Part shown: positions 53,329-62,348 of the stretch, one piece after another | How positions within the stretch are numbered: position 1 is the first letter of the stretch | Layout: each line of letters begins with the position of its first letter | DNA from: Phycisphaerales bacterium | GTDB lineage: Bacteria > Planctomycetota > Phycisphaerae > WQYP01 | DNA: 64,000 nucleotides | Direction: 5' to 3' | NCBI GenBank assembly: GCA_027451365.1 | Contig: DAIDJN010000034.1 | Coordinates: 34,268 to 98,267, forward strand | Notes under the pieces: generated by a model | Told to the model about the DNA's origin: nothing | Seen by the model: only the letters and a program-made list of their open reading frames with translations | The model's database searches: none | Position numbers and translations under genes: made by a program

Positions 53329-54362
53329 TCAGTGGATCATATCCGCGGGCCATTGACGCGCTAGCAGGCCCAGTTTCAAGAATTCCGGTTTTGGTCGAGC
53401 TTCAAGCGAGGCCGGCGGCGTAATGGCTAGGGGGAGCGCCGTTCTGAAAGTCTCTAATCCCTGAAGAAGTTTCGCTGAATCAAGTTGTCGAATGGCATGC
53501 GGGTTCAATGATATGCTGTAATCCGCGTGAATTCCGAGGAGCGCGTTGTCGTAGGCGCCGTGATGCAACCTGCATACGGCGATTCCATTTTCAAGTTCAT
53601 CCGTGCTTTTTGGGTGCGATACGGGTACGATGTGCGCGGCATCGACCAAATTAAGCGAGCATTGACAGATAGCACAGCGGTATGAATACGCTTGAAGAAC
53701 ATTGGGGCGAAACCTGGCCTCGCGGTAAGTCCGCATGATCTCCACCATTTCAATACGGCGAGCGAGTTCTGAGGTGGTGCTGGCGGTATCGATAAAAGAC
53801 TTCTCGTTCTCAACGTCTTGCGAAAGCATTTCACTTACAGACTTCGCGTCGGAATCCGCGTCATGGAGCTTTCTGCCGTGGTATATATACCATGGCAACG
53901 AGGCAGGCCCCGCCGCCACGACTACTTCCTTGCCTTGTGCAGCGGGCTTGACCTGCACCGCGATACCGTTGGCCGAGGCAGATTCCAGTACGTTTGCGGA
54001 AATTTGCATGCTTGGTGAACGCGGCGAAAATTTTGTGTGCCTTGCGGCGTCCCAGAAAGCCTAGGCATTAAACTCTTCGCTATAACCACTTATAATGGTG
54101 TGGCGACCTGGCTGGAGTGGAAATTGCCGTGCTCCGGTTACCTGAATTCGAGGTTCGTTGGCCGGTCGAACGCCTTCGCCTCCTCCCCGGGAGTTATTGT
54201 CCAGATAAACAACAGGCAATCCGCCGTGCCTTCCGTGGAAGTTATAGAGATTCGGGCGGGACGTTCCGTCGGCATGCCGCCCACCAGCAGTACCATCGCT
54301 CCGCTGCGTTCTAGCGCTGCGATAAACCTTTCCACCAAGGCGGAAAATCTTATGCCGGGCAT
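53329..54362 (-). pseudogene. HNH endonuclease (putative restriction nuclease), frameshifted with a premature stop
   Basis: FR.NVL.AY..CAIC..DAAHIVP..NGI..C.LHH.AYD. Frame jump at TITPG/GGGEG (~54185); in-frame TAG at 54061-54063. Confidence 0.8.
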
Positions 54363-55010
54363 TGATTTGACTCCGCGATCTCGGAAGTTTCAGGGACTGG
54401 AAACAATGGCCCACGCTCAAATAGGAACAACGAACCTTGCAGATGCTGGTAGCCGTTCTGAATAAGGCTCTTCATTGATTTGCTGTATGGCTGTAACACG
54501 CGACGGTTGTCCGCTTTCGGATGCTCGGATTTGCTGAACCACCCGACCATATTGACAGCATCTTTGACGCGAACACGGCGTACCGTAATCCATTCGGCGG
54601 GCGTGGGCAGGCGGGCCGGGTTGAACCAATAGAATTCCTGGGCAAGGAAAATTTCACGAGCCAACTTAACCACTGACTCGAAATGATAGAAGCTTCGCAC
54701 TGGAACGCCGGGAACCCATGCTCCCCCGATGTCCAGAACGAAACTGCCGGTTGGTTTCAGAACGCGATGGATTTCCCGGCAAAATGGCATGAACCAATCG
54801 AGGTATCGTTCCACTGGCTCGTTGCCATATTCCTTTTTTTTCGAGTGAGTGCGAATGGAGGCGACGTCATCACCAGATCCACACTGGCCGCGGGGAGTTG
54901 GCGAAGAATTTCAATTGAGTCGGTCAAAATGCCGTGCCCTTGGGCGTGGTGTAAAAAGGTTGGGATTCACCGGGTGAAAAAATTACTTCCAAATCCGCAG
55001 GCAACTTCAA
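54350..55010 (-). pseudogene. PvuII-like beta-class N4C/N6A DNA methyltransferase pseudogene
   Basis: VDLVMTSPPFAL, RVLKPTGSFV, LAQEFYW.NP. Frameshifts in homopolymers near 54927 and 54838. Motif I (DPFxGS) region missing. Confidence 0.82.
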
Positions 55011-55202
55011 TACCTTGCGAGGAATTGTTTTCATGTTGATCATCTTTCCTGACCGTTGCATGGCACCCTATGCGGTATACTGTTGCAGCCGCAGCACGAG
55101 GTAAGGCCGATTATAGCATGTGCATGTTCCTTTGCCGCCGAACGGATGGAACGCGTTGGGATTTTGCATCGGCTGGTAGAACCTGAGTAAGGCAGACGCA
55201 CG

Positions 55203-55544
55203 ATGAATCCGATATTTACGCATGGGCTTTTCAAGCGGCCGCTTTCCCGGAGGCGGAAAGTGCTGGCGCTTTGTCTGGCGGTTGGGGTGGATGGTGTTCG
55301 CCTGCTGTGTGGCGGAACAATTGGCTTTCTGGACCCTGTGGATGATGTCGCTGATCTGGCCACCGCATTTTTTCTCTGGCTGATCATCGGCCCGAGTTGG
55401 GCAATGGCAGTCGCACTGATTATTGAACTGATTCCCGGCGTTGCGGTGTTTCCCAGTTGGACCGCGCTGGCCCTGATGGTACTGGCCGCCGCACCGAAGC
55501 CCGCATCGCCGGAGAATATGAAAATGACGGCCACCCGGCTATAA
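55203..55544 (+). CDS. Small hypothetical membrane protein
   Basis: 113-aa ORF with about 3 hydrophobic segments (IIELIPGV..FP.WT) filling the gap. Confidence 0.6.
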   Translation: MNPIFTHGLFKRPLSRRRKVLALCLAVGVDGVRLLCGGTIGFLDPVDDVADLATAFFLWLIIGPSWAMAVALIIELIPGVAVFPSWTALALMVLAAAPKPASPENMKMTATRL

Positions 55545-55569
55545 ACAAAGCGTTCAGTCTATCCCTGTT

Positions 55570-58500
55570 TCAGGCCGTGGTACCTGCTTGATGGGCATTT
55601 AACTGCCGCCGCGCTTCTTCCAGGAAATTGGCATCGGGCATCGCGTACGGTCGGAATTTTTCCAAGGTGCCCTGTTCCTCGCTGAAGGCCAGGGCGCGGC
55701 AGGCACCCAGCCGGTTAGCCGCCGGTGAATCAATCAGGTTGCTGCTGTCGGCGGCGCTCATTTGGAACAGAATGCGGTTGTCAAATTCACGCATTAAATT
55801 CCGGTTCATCGCCCGTTCCACGGAAACCATGGTATCCACCCAGGCAATAATATGAATCCCAACTCCCGGTCCTTCGGTCAGCAGGTCGGCAAATTGCCTG
55901 CCCGGATCGGGCGCGGCGTTTTCATCGCCGCTGGAGAATCCGAAGCTTTCCTCCGACTTTCGCAGCACGCGGTAACGCTGCAATCCCAGGATAAACACAA
56001 AAATGGATGGCGGCTGACCGCCGGCGTCTTCCTGTCGCCGCTTGAGTTCCTGCGCCAATTCGTTTACTGCATCGGGAACACCGCGGTAATCAACATTGCG
56101 GCAGGTCTGCGGCGTGATGCCCGCCACCGTTCCCAGTACGCCAAAGGACGGTGAATCGGCTGGACTGCCATCCAGAATATAAAATACTGCTGCGGATTCC
56201 TGTTGCGCCGAAATCGCGATCATGCCCGCGGACATAATGGCCAGAGCCTGTTCTTCGGCCTGGCCAATAAGCAGGGCATTGCCGCCGCTCTGGCGGCGAA
56301 AGCTTATGCCGGTGGGGTCTTTAATCGCCACGGGTTCACCCAGCCAGATTCGTGGCACCGAAACGACCTGCGGAGATTTGAGCAATGCCGTCAGCCGGGG
56401 ATTCTTTCGGATATCGGCGGGGGCGTTGCCTTCAAAAACAATTGCGGCCTCGGCCTGAATGCCGGTTTTATGATCAATTGCCGTTACGGCATCAAGGTAC
56501 GCGTCGCGCTGTTCATCGGAAAGCCACGCCACCTGAAAAGGGCTGTTGCCTTCCACCAGGCCGCCGGCATCGTTGTAAATCGCTTCGCCGGGGCGGGACA
56601 GCAGCCGGGCGGCGGAATTGCCATCCGCCAGCACAACTTGTGAATCAGCTTCCGTGGTCTGCAGTGCAATACGCACGGCGATCTGTCCGATGGTGCTGCG
56701 CGAGAGACCTGAAGAACCGGCGATGGTTTGCGATCCGAGAACCACATGGACGCCAAAGGCACGGCCCTGGCGCACCAGCCGGTCAAGCAGAAGGGCGGCA
56801 TCCTGGGCGAGTTTGTCGTCCTCGCTGAAAAATTCCTGGAATTCGTCAATAATCAGCAGGGTCCGCGGCATCGGCTTTTCGGTTGCCGCGCGATATGAAC
56901 CAAGGTCCTGCACGCCGGCGGCGCGGAACAATTCGCCACGGCGGCTCATTTCGCTGTCGATCCGTTGCAGAACGCTAAGTCCAAATTCGCGGTCCGATTC
57001 CACGCCAATGGCACGCGCGTGGGGCAGGCCGTGGGCGGCGTACGTTTTGAATTCCACGCCCTTTTTGAAGTCAATCAGATACAGTTCGAGTTCCGCCGGG
57101 GAATACCACATGGCCAGGTTACTGATTAACGCATGTAGCAATGTAGATTTACCAGAACCCGTTTTGCCCGTCACCAGCGCATGTTGCGCCACGCCGCGGC
57201 CCAGCGCGAAAGTCTGCAGCCGGGTGGCACCACAGCGACCGATCGGCGCCTGAAGGTCGCGGTCGGAACGGCGGGTCCAGAATTCCGCCGGAGTGGGTGC
57301 TATGGCCGAAAAAGAAACTTCCACCCGTTTGGCCAGTTTGGCCTTTTCGCCCACCTGGTGCAGGATGGCCGTCAGTTCATCCTCGCCGGGGGCGCGGTCA
57401 AGTGTCAGCGGGAAGCGGCTGAAAACGTCATCTCGCCAGACAAACCGCCCGTCGCGGAAAATCAGATTGATGCTGTGGGCCTCCAGGTCGTCCAGATGCG
57501 TGCCGGACGGCGTGGCAACCCGCGTGTCCCGGAAAATCAGCGTGTAGACGCCACAGCGGGCACCAGTGGTCGCAATGCTGCTGAGCCGCTTGAGCGATTC
57601 ATCGGAAAAGCCGACGGGCAGGTCGGCGATCACCAGAAATCGATAGGGTTCGGCCAGGTCGCCCGCCTGACGGTTGTAGTCGTCAATTGTTTCGTATTCA
57701 TTGCGAAGATATTTCTGAATAACTGTTTCCATGTGTTCGGTCAGGTCGGACAGGCGCTGGTCAATCTGTTCGGGGCTGGTCCAGATGCGGCCATTGACCA
57801 GCGCATCGTCATAATCGGTCAGGTGCATGAATCCGGCGAAATTCTGGCCCAGTCCGACCGGATCCACCAGCGTAAAGCGGGCACGGCCGGGCGGAACGCA
57901 AGTAAGCAGCCGCGTCATCAGAGCCTGCAGCGCGGCGATAGCCTGGGCCCGTCCGGCGCGGTCCGCATGAAGCAGCAGTGAGCCGCGCCGCGGGAATTCC
58001 AGCATCGCTTCAATGGAAATCGGCGCGGGAATTTGCAATGTGAAGCCGCCCGCCGGATCCGCCGCGGCGATCAGTTCGCCGACGTCCACCTGTAGTTCTC
58101 CGAAACGCACGCTGTCCGGAAAACTTGTCGGGGCGACCCAGCCAGGCTGGCCAGGCCGCTGGCCCGCTGTTTCCGCCGGACTCGCGGAGCCAATCGGTTC
58201 CCGAAATTGTGCCAACCCATCCAACCACGTTTTTTCAAGTTCGGTCCGCAACTGGCTGTGCCGGGTGTTAATTTCCGCGCGCCGGGCGGCGGCACCGCCG
58301 GTTATTTTCTGGAGTTCCATCTGATATTTGCGGTTTATTTCCGCAAGCTGCCCATCCCGCGCCTGAATCGCCTCCTGTTGGGCGACCGCATGGCGCTGTG
58401 TGAGTCGGTCGAGTTTGGCCTTTCCTTCGGCGGTAATGGCCTGAAGCGCGGTGTCGCGGTTTATTTTGGCTTTTTCCAGCAGGGGTCCCGCCTTTTCGCG

Positions 58501-59538
58501 TTGCGCCTGAATTTCGGTTTTGTGCTTTTCCCGCGCCCCGGCCAGCACGCCATCGTGCCAGGCTTTGTTCGCGGCAGCCAGTTCCCGGCCCGCGGCATCG
58601 GCCTGAAACAGAGCCGTGTGCAGCGGGATATACGCGCGGCGGACTGCTTTGCGGGCCATCCATCGCAACAGCAGCATCAGGCAACTCATCACCAGAACCG
58701 CGCCGGCACCAAACAGACCCAGCATATTCCAGTTGGGAAGCTGTTCTCCCGGCAGAATCTGGGAAAAGCCAACTGCGGCCAGCACCACCACCGAAAACAC
58801 CATGTAGGGTCCGACACCCGCAAAAAAGCGGGGCAGCCCAAGGCTGTTCAGATGTTCAATACCGGCATTTACATCCGCCACATGTTTGTCATACTCCGCC
58901 AGCAATGCCAGCCGGTCGCCGGTGGTATCGGGTTGCCGTTCCGGCGTGCCGGCGGTGGCGGCTTCAGCCTCCGGTGAATGGCCATATTTTCTAAGCAGGG
59001 CTTCGCCGCTTTCGCGTTTTCCGGCCATTTTAGCGGTATTGGTTTCGATGGATTCCTGCAACTCGGCGCGCAGCCGGTTCTGCTGGGCGTCAAGTTCAAT
59101 ATCCGCCAGCCAAACCACTTCGGCAATTTTCTTTTTCAGAGCTTCATGCACATTTTCAAATTCCTTTGCGGCGCGTTTGCGCGCTGCGGCGGTTTCTTCA
59201 ATCGCGGCCTGAGATTCGGCCGTGTGGCGACTCTGATTCTGTTCCACGCGCGCCGCATAAGCCGTTGCCGTTTGCGATTCGGCATGACGCAGACTGCTTT
59301 CCAGAAGTTCCAGGGAATGTTTTTCTTTTTCATCAACACTGGCGGCATCGCGATGGAATTCGGATTCAATGATTGGTTCCCGTGCGACGGCCTGCTGGGC
59401 CAGCGACATAAGATCGCGCAATGCGGCCCGTTGCCGATCAGAGCCGGCCACCGCACGGCGGCTGGCGGCATCATGGGGCACAGTTACCGGCTGGCCGTTT
59501 GTGGGAATTACCATCGAATCTTGTGCTGGTTGTGTCAT
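55570..59538 (-). CDS. FtsK/SpoIIIE multi-ATPase-domain membrane protein (EccC/EssC-like)
   Basis: Coiled coils flanking 2 TMs; intact GKTGSGKS, LIDFKKG, LLIIDEFQ, RQGRAFGVH; degenerate RecA-like domains before and after. Confidence 0.88.
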   Translation of the reverse strand: MTQPAQDSMVIPTNGQPVTVPHDAASRRAVAGSDRQRAALRDLMSLAQQAVAREPIIESEFHRDAASVDEKEKHSLELLESSLRHAESQTATAYAARVEQNQSRHTAESQAAIEETAAARKRAAKEFENVHEALKKKIAEVVWLADIELDAQQNRLRAELQESIETNTAKMAGKRESGEALLRKYGHSPEAEAATAGTPERQPDTTGDRLALLAEYDKHVADVNAGIEHLNSLGLPRFFAGVGPYMVFSVVVLAAVGFSQILPGEQLPNWNMLGLFGAGAVLVMSCLMLLLRWMARKAVRRAYIPLHTALFQADAAGRELAAANKAWHDGVLAGAREKHKTEIQAQREKAGPLLEKAKINRDTALQAITAEGKAKLDRLTQRHAVAQQEAIQARDGQLAEINRKYQMELQKITGGAAARRAEINTRHSQLRTELEKTWLDGLAQFREPIGSASPAETAGQRPGQPGWVAPTSFPDSVRFGELQVDVGELIAAADPAGGFTLQIPAPISIEAMLEFPRRGSLLLHADRAGRAQAIAALQALMTRLLTCVPPGRARFTLVDPVGLGQNFAGFMHLTDYDDALVNGRIWTSPEQIDQRLSDLTEHMETVIQKYLRNEYETIDDYNRQAGDLAEPYRFLVIADLPVGFSDESLKRLSSIATTGARCGVYTLIFRDTRVATPSGTHLDDLEAHSINLIFRDGRFVWRDDVFSRFPLTLDRAPGEDELTAILHQVGEKAKLAKRVEVSFSAIAPTPAEFWTRRSDRDLQAPIGRCGATRLQTFALGRGVAQHALVTGKTGSGKSTLLHALISNLAMWYSPAELELYLIDFKKGVEFKTYAAHGLPHARAIGVESDREFGLSVLQRIDSEMSRRGELFRAAGVQDLGSYRAATEKPMPRTLLIIDEFQEFFSEDDKLAQDAALLLDRLVRQGRAFGVHVVLGSQTIAGSSGLSRSTIGQIAVRIALQTTEADSQVVLADGNSAARLLSRPGEAIYNDAGGLVEGNSPFQVAWLSDEQRDAYLDAVTAIDHKTGIQAEAAIVFEGNAPADIRKNPRLTALLKSPQVVSVPRIWLGEPVAIKDPTGISFRRQSGGNALLIGQAEEQALAIMSAGMIAISAQQESAAVFYILDGSPADSPSFGVLGTVAGITPQTCRNVDYRGVPDAVNELAQELKRRQEDAGGQPPSIFVFILGLQRYRVLRKSEESFGFSSGDENAAPDPGRQFADLLTEGPGVGIHIIAWVDTMVSVERAMNRNLMREFDNRILFQMSAADSSNLIDSPAANRLGACRALAFSEEQGTLEKFRPYAMPDANFLEEARRQLNAHQAGTTA

Positions 59539-59545
59539 GTTCCTC

Positions 59546-59758
59546 TTATCCGCAATCCCGCTTGATCTGGGTTAATATCTGTTTCAGATGATCCATGGCC
59601 GTCAGGGCGTTGCGTGCATCTTCCATCACCGGGCGAATGCAGCGCTCTTCCAGTGAGTGGCTGTTGGCATCATCCCAAATCAGCCGCATTTCATGCCAAC
59701 GGGCATCCAAATCCCGTGCCAGTTTACTGATTCGCGCCTGACCTTCATATACGCCCAT
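59546..59758 (-). CDS. Small WXG100-like helical protein (W-D-D)
   Basis: 70 aa, amphipathic helices around central W...WDD; GGAG RBS. Confidence 0.65.
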   Translation of the reverse strand: MGVYEGQARISKLARDLDARWHEMRLIWDDANSHSLEERCIRPVMEDARNALTAMDHLKQILTQIKRDCG

Positions 59759-59779
59759 CGCATGAAGCTCCAAAAAGTT

Positions 59780-60802
59780 TCAACTTTGCGGCCAAATGCG
59801 GCGATTTTCCGCATTAAAAACCGCCTTAAGCCCTTCCGGCCCGAATAGCGCAATTGTACCGGCTGAAAGGTTTGTCATCGCGTTGAGTTCTGGCCGCTCT
59901 TGAAGGAATGCCGCCGCGGTCAAATTATAAAACCGTTCAGCCGCGCCGGCGGTCTGGTTGCGGTTTGCCGGGCCAATAAACAGCCGGTCCGCATCCAGAC
60001 GTATGACTATCCAATCCGCATCCTGCGGAAGTTGCCCGGAAAGCACGATGCTGGTAGCCGCCCTGGTTTCACCCGTCATATCTGGCGCGGGCAAATTCCC
60101 CAGTTCTGTGATTTTGATTGCGGGCAGCGAAAGCGGGGCATCCGGCGCGGGGGAAGAATGGGTCAGGACTGAATCGGCCGGAATCGCATCACGCAGACGC
60201 GCGGCTTCGGGGTCTGGCGCAGGCTGGTCGGTTGTTCGGCCACGCGCCATGCCGCCCGGCTGGTTGTGGCCTCCACCTTCGCTGGCTCGCTGGCCAGTGG
60301 CATCGGAACCGGCTTCCACGGGCGATGCGGTGTAGCGCTCTAGTAAAGCAACCGAATTGGTTAATTGCGCCAAGGCTGCGGGAATGCCACCGGCGACCGT
60401 ATTGGCGAAGGGTTTTACGCCGCCATGGTACATCGCTATTTCCTTGGGGAAACGGCGACACCACGATTTGGTATTGGCCATTTTCTGTTCGGCCTCGGCG
60501 AGGTTCCGTTTGGCCACGGCCACCGCCTTATGTTCTTCAACGGCCGACGGCGGCCGCCCGCTGACATCTTTATAAAGAGTCTTATCGCGCAGAGCCTGCT
60601 GGGCCTTGGCAAGCAGTTCCTGGCGTTTGCGGATTTGCGCGTTCCAGAAGGAGGTCTGTTCGCCTTCCAGCCAGTTGAGAGTCCGGTTGATTTCGCTTTG
60701 GGCGTCATCAAGGGCTAAATTTGCCGCCTCGGCGAATTTGGCCAGTTGAACGCGGAAGGTTTTGATCGCGTCAATATCATCAATCCGGGCGCCTTGAGAC
60801 AT
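59780..60802 (-). CDS. Helical-bundle protein with linker and separate C-terminal domain (possible T7SS substrate or partner)
   Basis: Helical N-terminal ~160 aa, G/P-rich linker, ~90-aa globular C-terminus; GGAGA RBS. Confidence 0.7.
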   Translation of the reverse strand: MSQGARIDDIDAIKTFRVQLAKFAEAANLALDDAQSEINRTLNWLEGEQTSFWNAQIRKRQELLAKAQQALRDKTLYKDVSGRPPSAVEEHKAVAVAKRNLAEAEQKMANTKSWCRRFPKEIAMYHGGVKPFANTVAGGIPAALAQLTNSVALLERYTASPVEAGSDATGQRASEGGGHNQPGGMARGRTTDQPAPDPEAARLRDAIPADSVLTHSSPAPDAPLSLPAIKITELGNLPAPDMTGETRAATSIVLSGQLPQDADWIVIRLDADRLFIGPANRNQTAGAAERFYNLTAAAFLQERPELNAMTNLSAGTIALFGPEGLKAVFNAENRRIWPQS

Positions 60803-60835
60803 GGATTCTCCCACAGTGCGGCCGCAACGGGCGGA

Positions 60836-61108
60836 TTAGCGCTGTTTTAAATACTCTTCAATAAGTTTCGCCTTTTTGACCAAGACTTGTGCATGCTGGT
60901 GGGAATCCTGCAGAAAACTGGAAACCGTTTTCATCGCCTGTTCAAAGGCTTCCATGAATTTTCGTTGTTCCTGGTCCTGCCAGTTGGCCTCCAGTCCGCG
61001 AAGGCGGCCATACAGGTTCCCGATAAGTCCCTGCAGGTCATTGTTGAAACGATTCAGGTCCTGGGCGAAACGTCGAAGTTCTTCGGGGTCCACATTGGCT
61101 TTGGCCAT
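60836..61108 (-). CDS. WXG100 family protein (W-Q-D variant)
   Basis: About 90 aa; VDPEELRRFA..L..F start, central WQD, C-terminal IEEYL; GGAG 8 nt before ATG 61108. Confidence 0.85.
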   Translation of the reverse strand: MAKANVDPEELRRFAQDLNRFNNDLQGLIGNLYGRLRGLEANWQDQEQRKFMEAFEQAMKTVSSFLQDSHQHAQVLVKKAKLIEEYLKQR

Positions 61109-61140
61109 TGACATAACTCCAGATTTAATCCAACGGATCT

Positions 61141-61146
61141 ATTATA
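61141..61146 (-). promoter_or_regulatory. -10 box of the WXG100/FtsK operon
   Basis: Perfect TATAAT about 30 bp upstream of the start; no good -35. Confidence 0.35.
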
Positions 61147-61721
61147 CAACAAAGCCGCGGCCGATGCGCTTCAAAATGTATCTGTATTGACAACGTCGCT
61201 GACAAATGAATAGTGCAACGGCTGCCCAGAGCGGTTGAACAGGTAACAATTGCAAAGTATATCTTGAGAAAATTGCATTGTTCGCCGATTCCGCACAGCC
61301 GATTCGTTTAAGCAAGTTCAATCAGCGGTTTGGTTTGTCCCATGGCGGCACGCCGTCGTAGCCCGGGCATTCCGCCTCTGGGAATGATGTTCGTGGGCAA
61401 AGATATCCGGGCCGTGGAATACCACTGTGCCTATCAACCCATTTTCTCCCTGCCCGGCCACTGGGCCGGCACCATTTTCTGCGGTCCACGTCGGCCAGGC
61501 GATGCCACCGAGCTTTCCCAATGATTCAATCAGTGCCAACGGATTCAGGCCGTCCCCGAAGGCGTGGCGGGCTTTCCCCCGGCACGCCGACGATCCAAGA
61601 GACATCACCATTCTTCGCCGTGCCACACAAATCGCCAGGCCAGGAAAAGATACAATAACCTGATCGGCAATGGCACCGCGCAGTGCACACGCCAGATTTA
61701 ATAGGCGGCTCTCCCGTGTAT

Positions 61722-62111
61722 CCAAAAATACCTTGGGGAGCGGGCGTCTGGCCTGAAAAGAAGCAGCCAGGGGCCGTGATCACCGCCCAGGGCGCTGGTT
61801 ATCGCATAACCAGAAGCCATTGATCATCACCACGAAACAAAGGCACGCCGAAATAAACCAATCCACAGATTCCACAGATTATGTTTCCATGAGCAAATTG
61901 GCGGGAACTCTATTTTTCTGTTCGTTGATCGCCGTTAGTTGTAAAAGACCACACCGGAGGCGGATAAACTGTCACACCAGTATCCGCCACAGATATCCCG
62001 TCAGAAGGCACGGTATCAGCAGCTAAATTCGGTGAAACACGTGCCGCAGGCCAAAACACCTTGGGGGTCGGGCGTCTCGCGTGAAAAGAAACAGCCAGGA
62101 TGGCCCTCATC
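61722..62111. repeat. Two imperfect ~60-bp direct repeats (61722-61781 and 62051-62111)
   Basis: Shared CCAAAA..ACCTTGGGG..CGGGCGTCT.GC.TGAAAAGAA.CAGCCAGG..GGCC.T.ATC. Confidence 0.8.
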
Positions 62112-62348
62112 CTGCAATAAAGCCTTCAAATTTTGGCCGTTGGAGGTATAAAATATGTAAGTTAATAACTGGCCGTTTTTGCCCGCTCGCTGACAAAAGT
62201 TGGCGGTTATGGCCTCGGTTCGGACTTCAACGGAGCGGGAACGAAAATAATTTGAGGGGTTCAACGTGTCCCGGCAACGTCGGATTCCGGCAGCTTCATT
62301 GCTTCCATCACCGCTGGGATAGCTTTCCGGTCGCAACGACCTTTACCG

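Noticed and set aside
54061..54063. TAG readthrough or pyrrolysine in the HNH gene
   Set aside because: The gene also has a frameshift and its partner is broken; decay is the simpler explanation.
54834..54841. Phase-variable poly-A tract in the methyltransferase
   Set aside because: Other lesions (second frameshift, missing motif I) mean slippage could not restore function.
56618..59565. Several 190-270-aa plus-strand ORFs
   Set aside because: Antisense to the FtsK-like gene; no motifs.
61318..61725. 135-aa ORF upstream of WXG100
   Set aside because: TTG start, no RBS or recognisable motif; overlapping frames are equally unconvincing.
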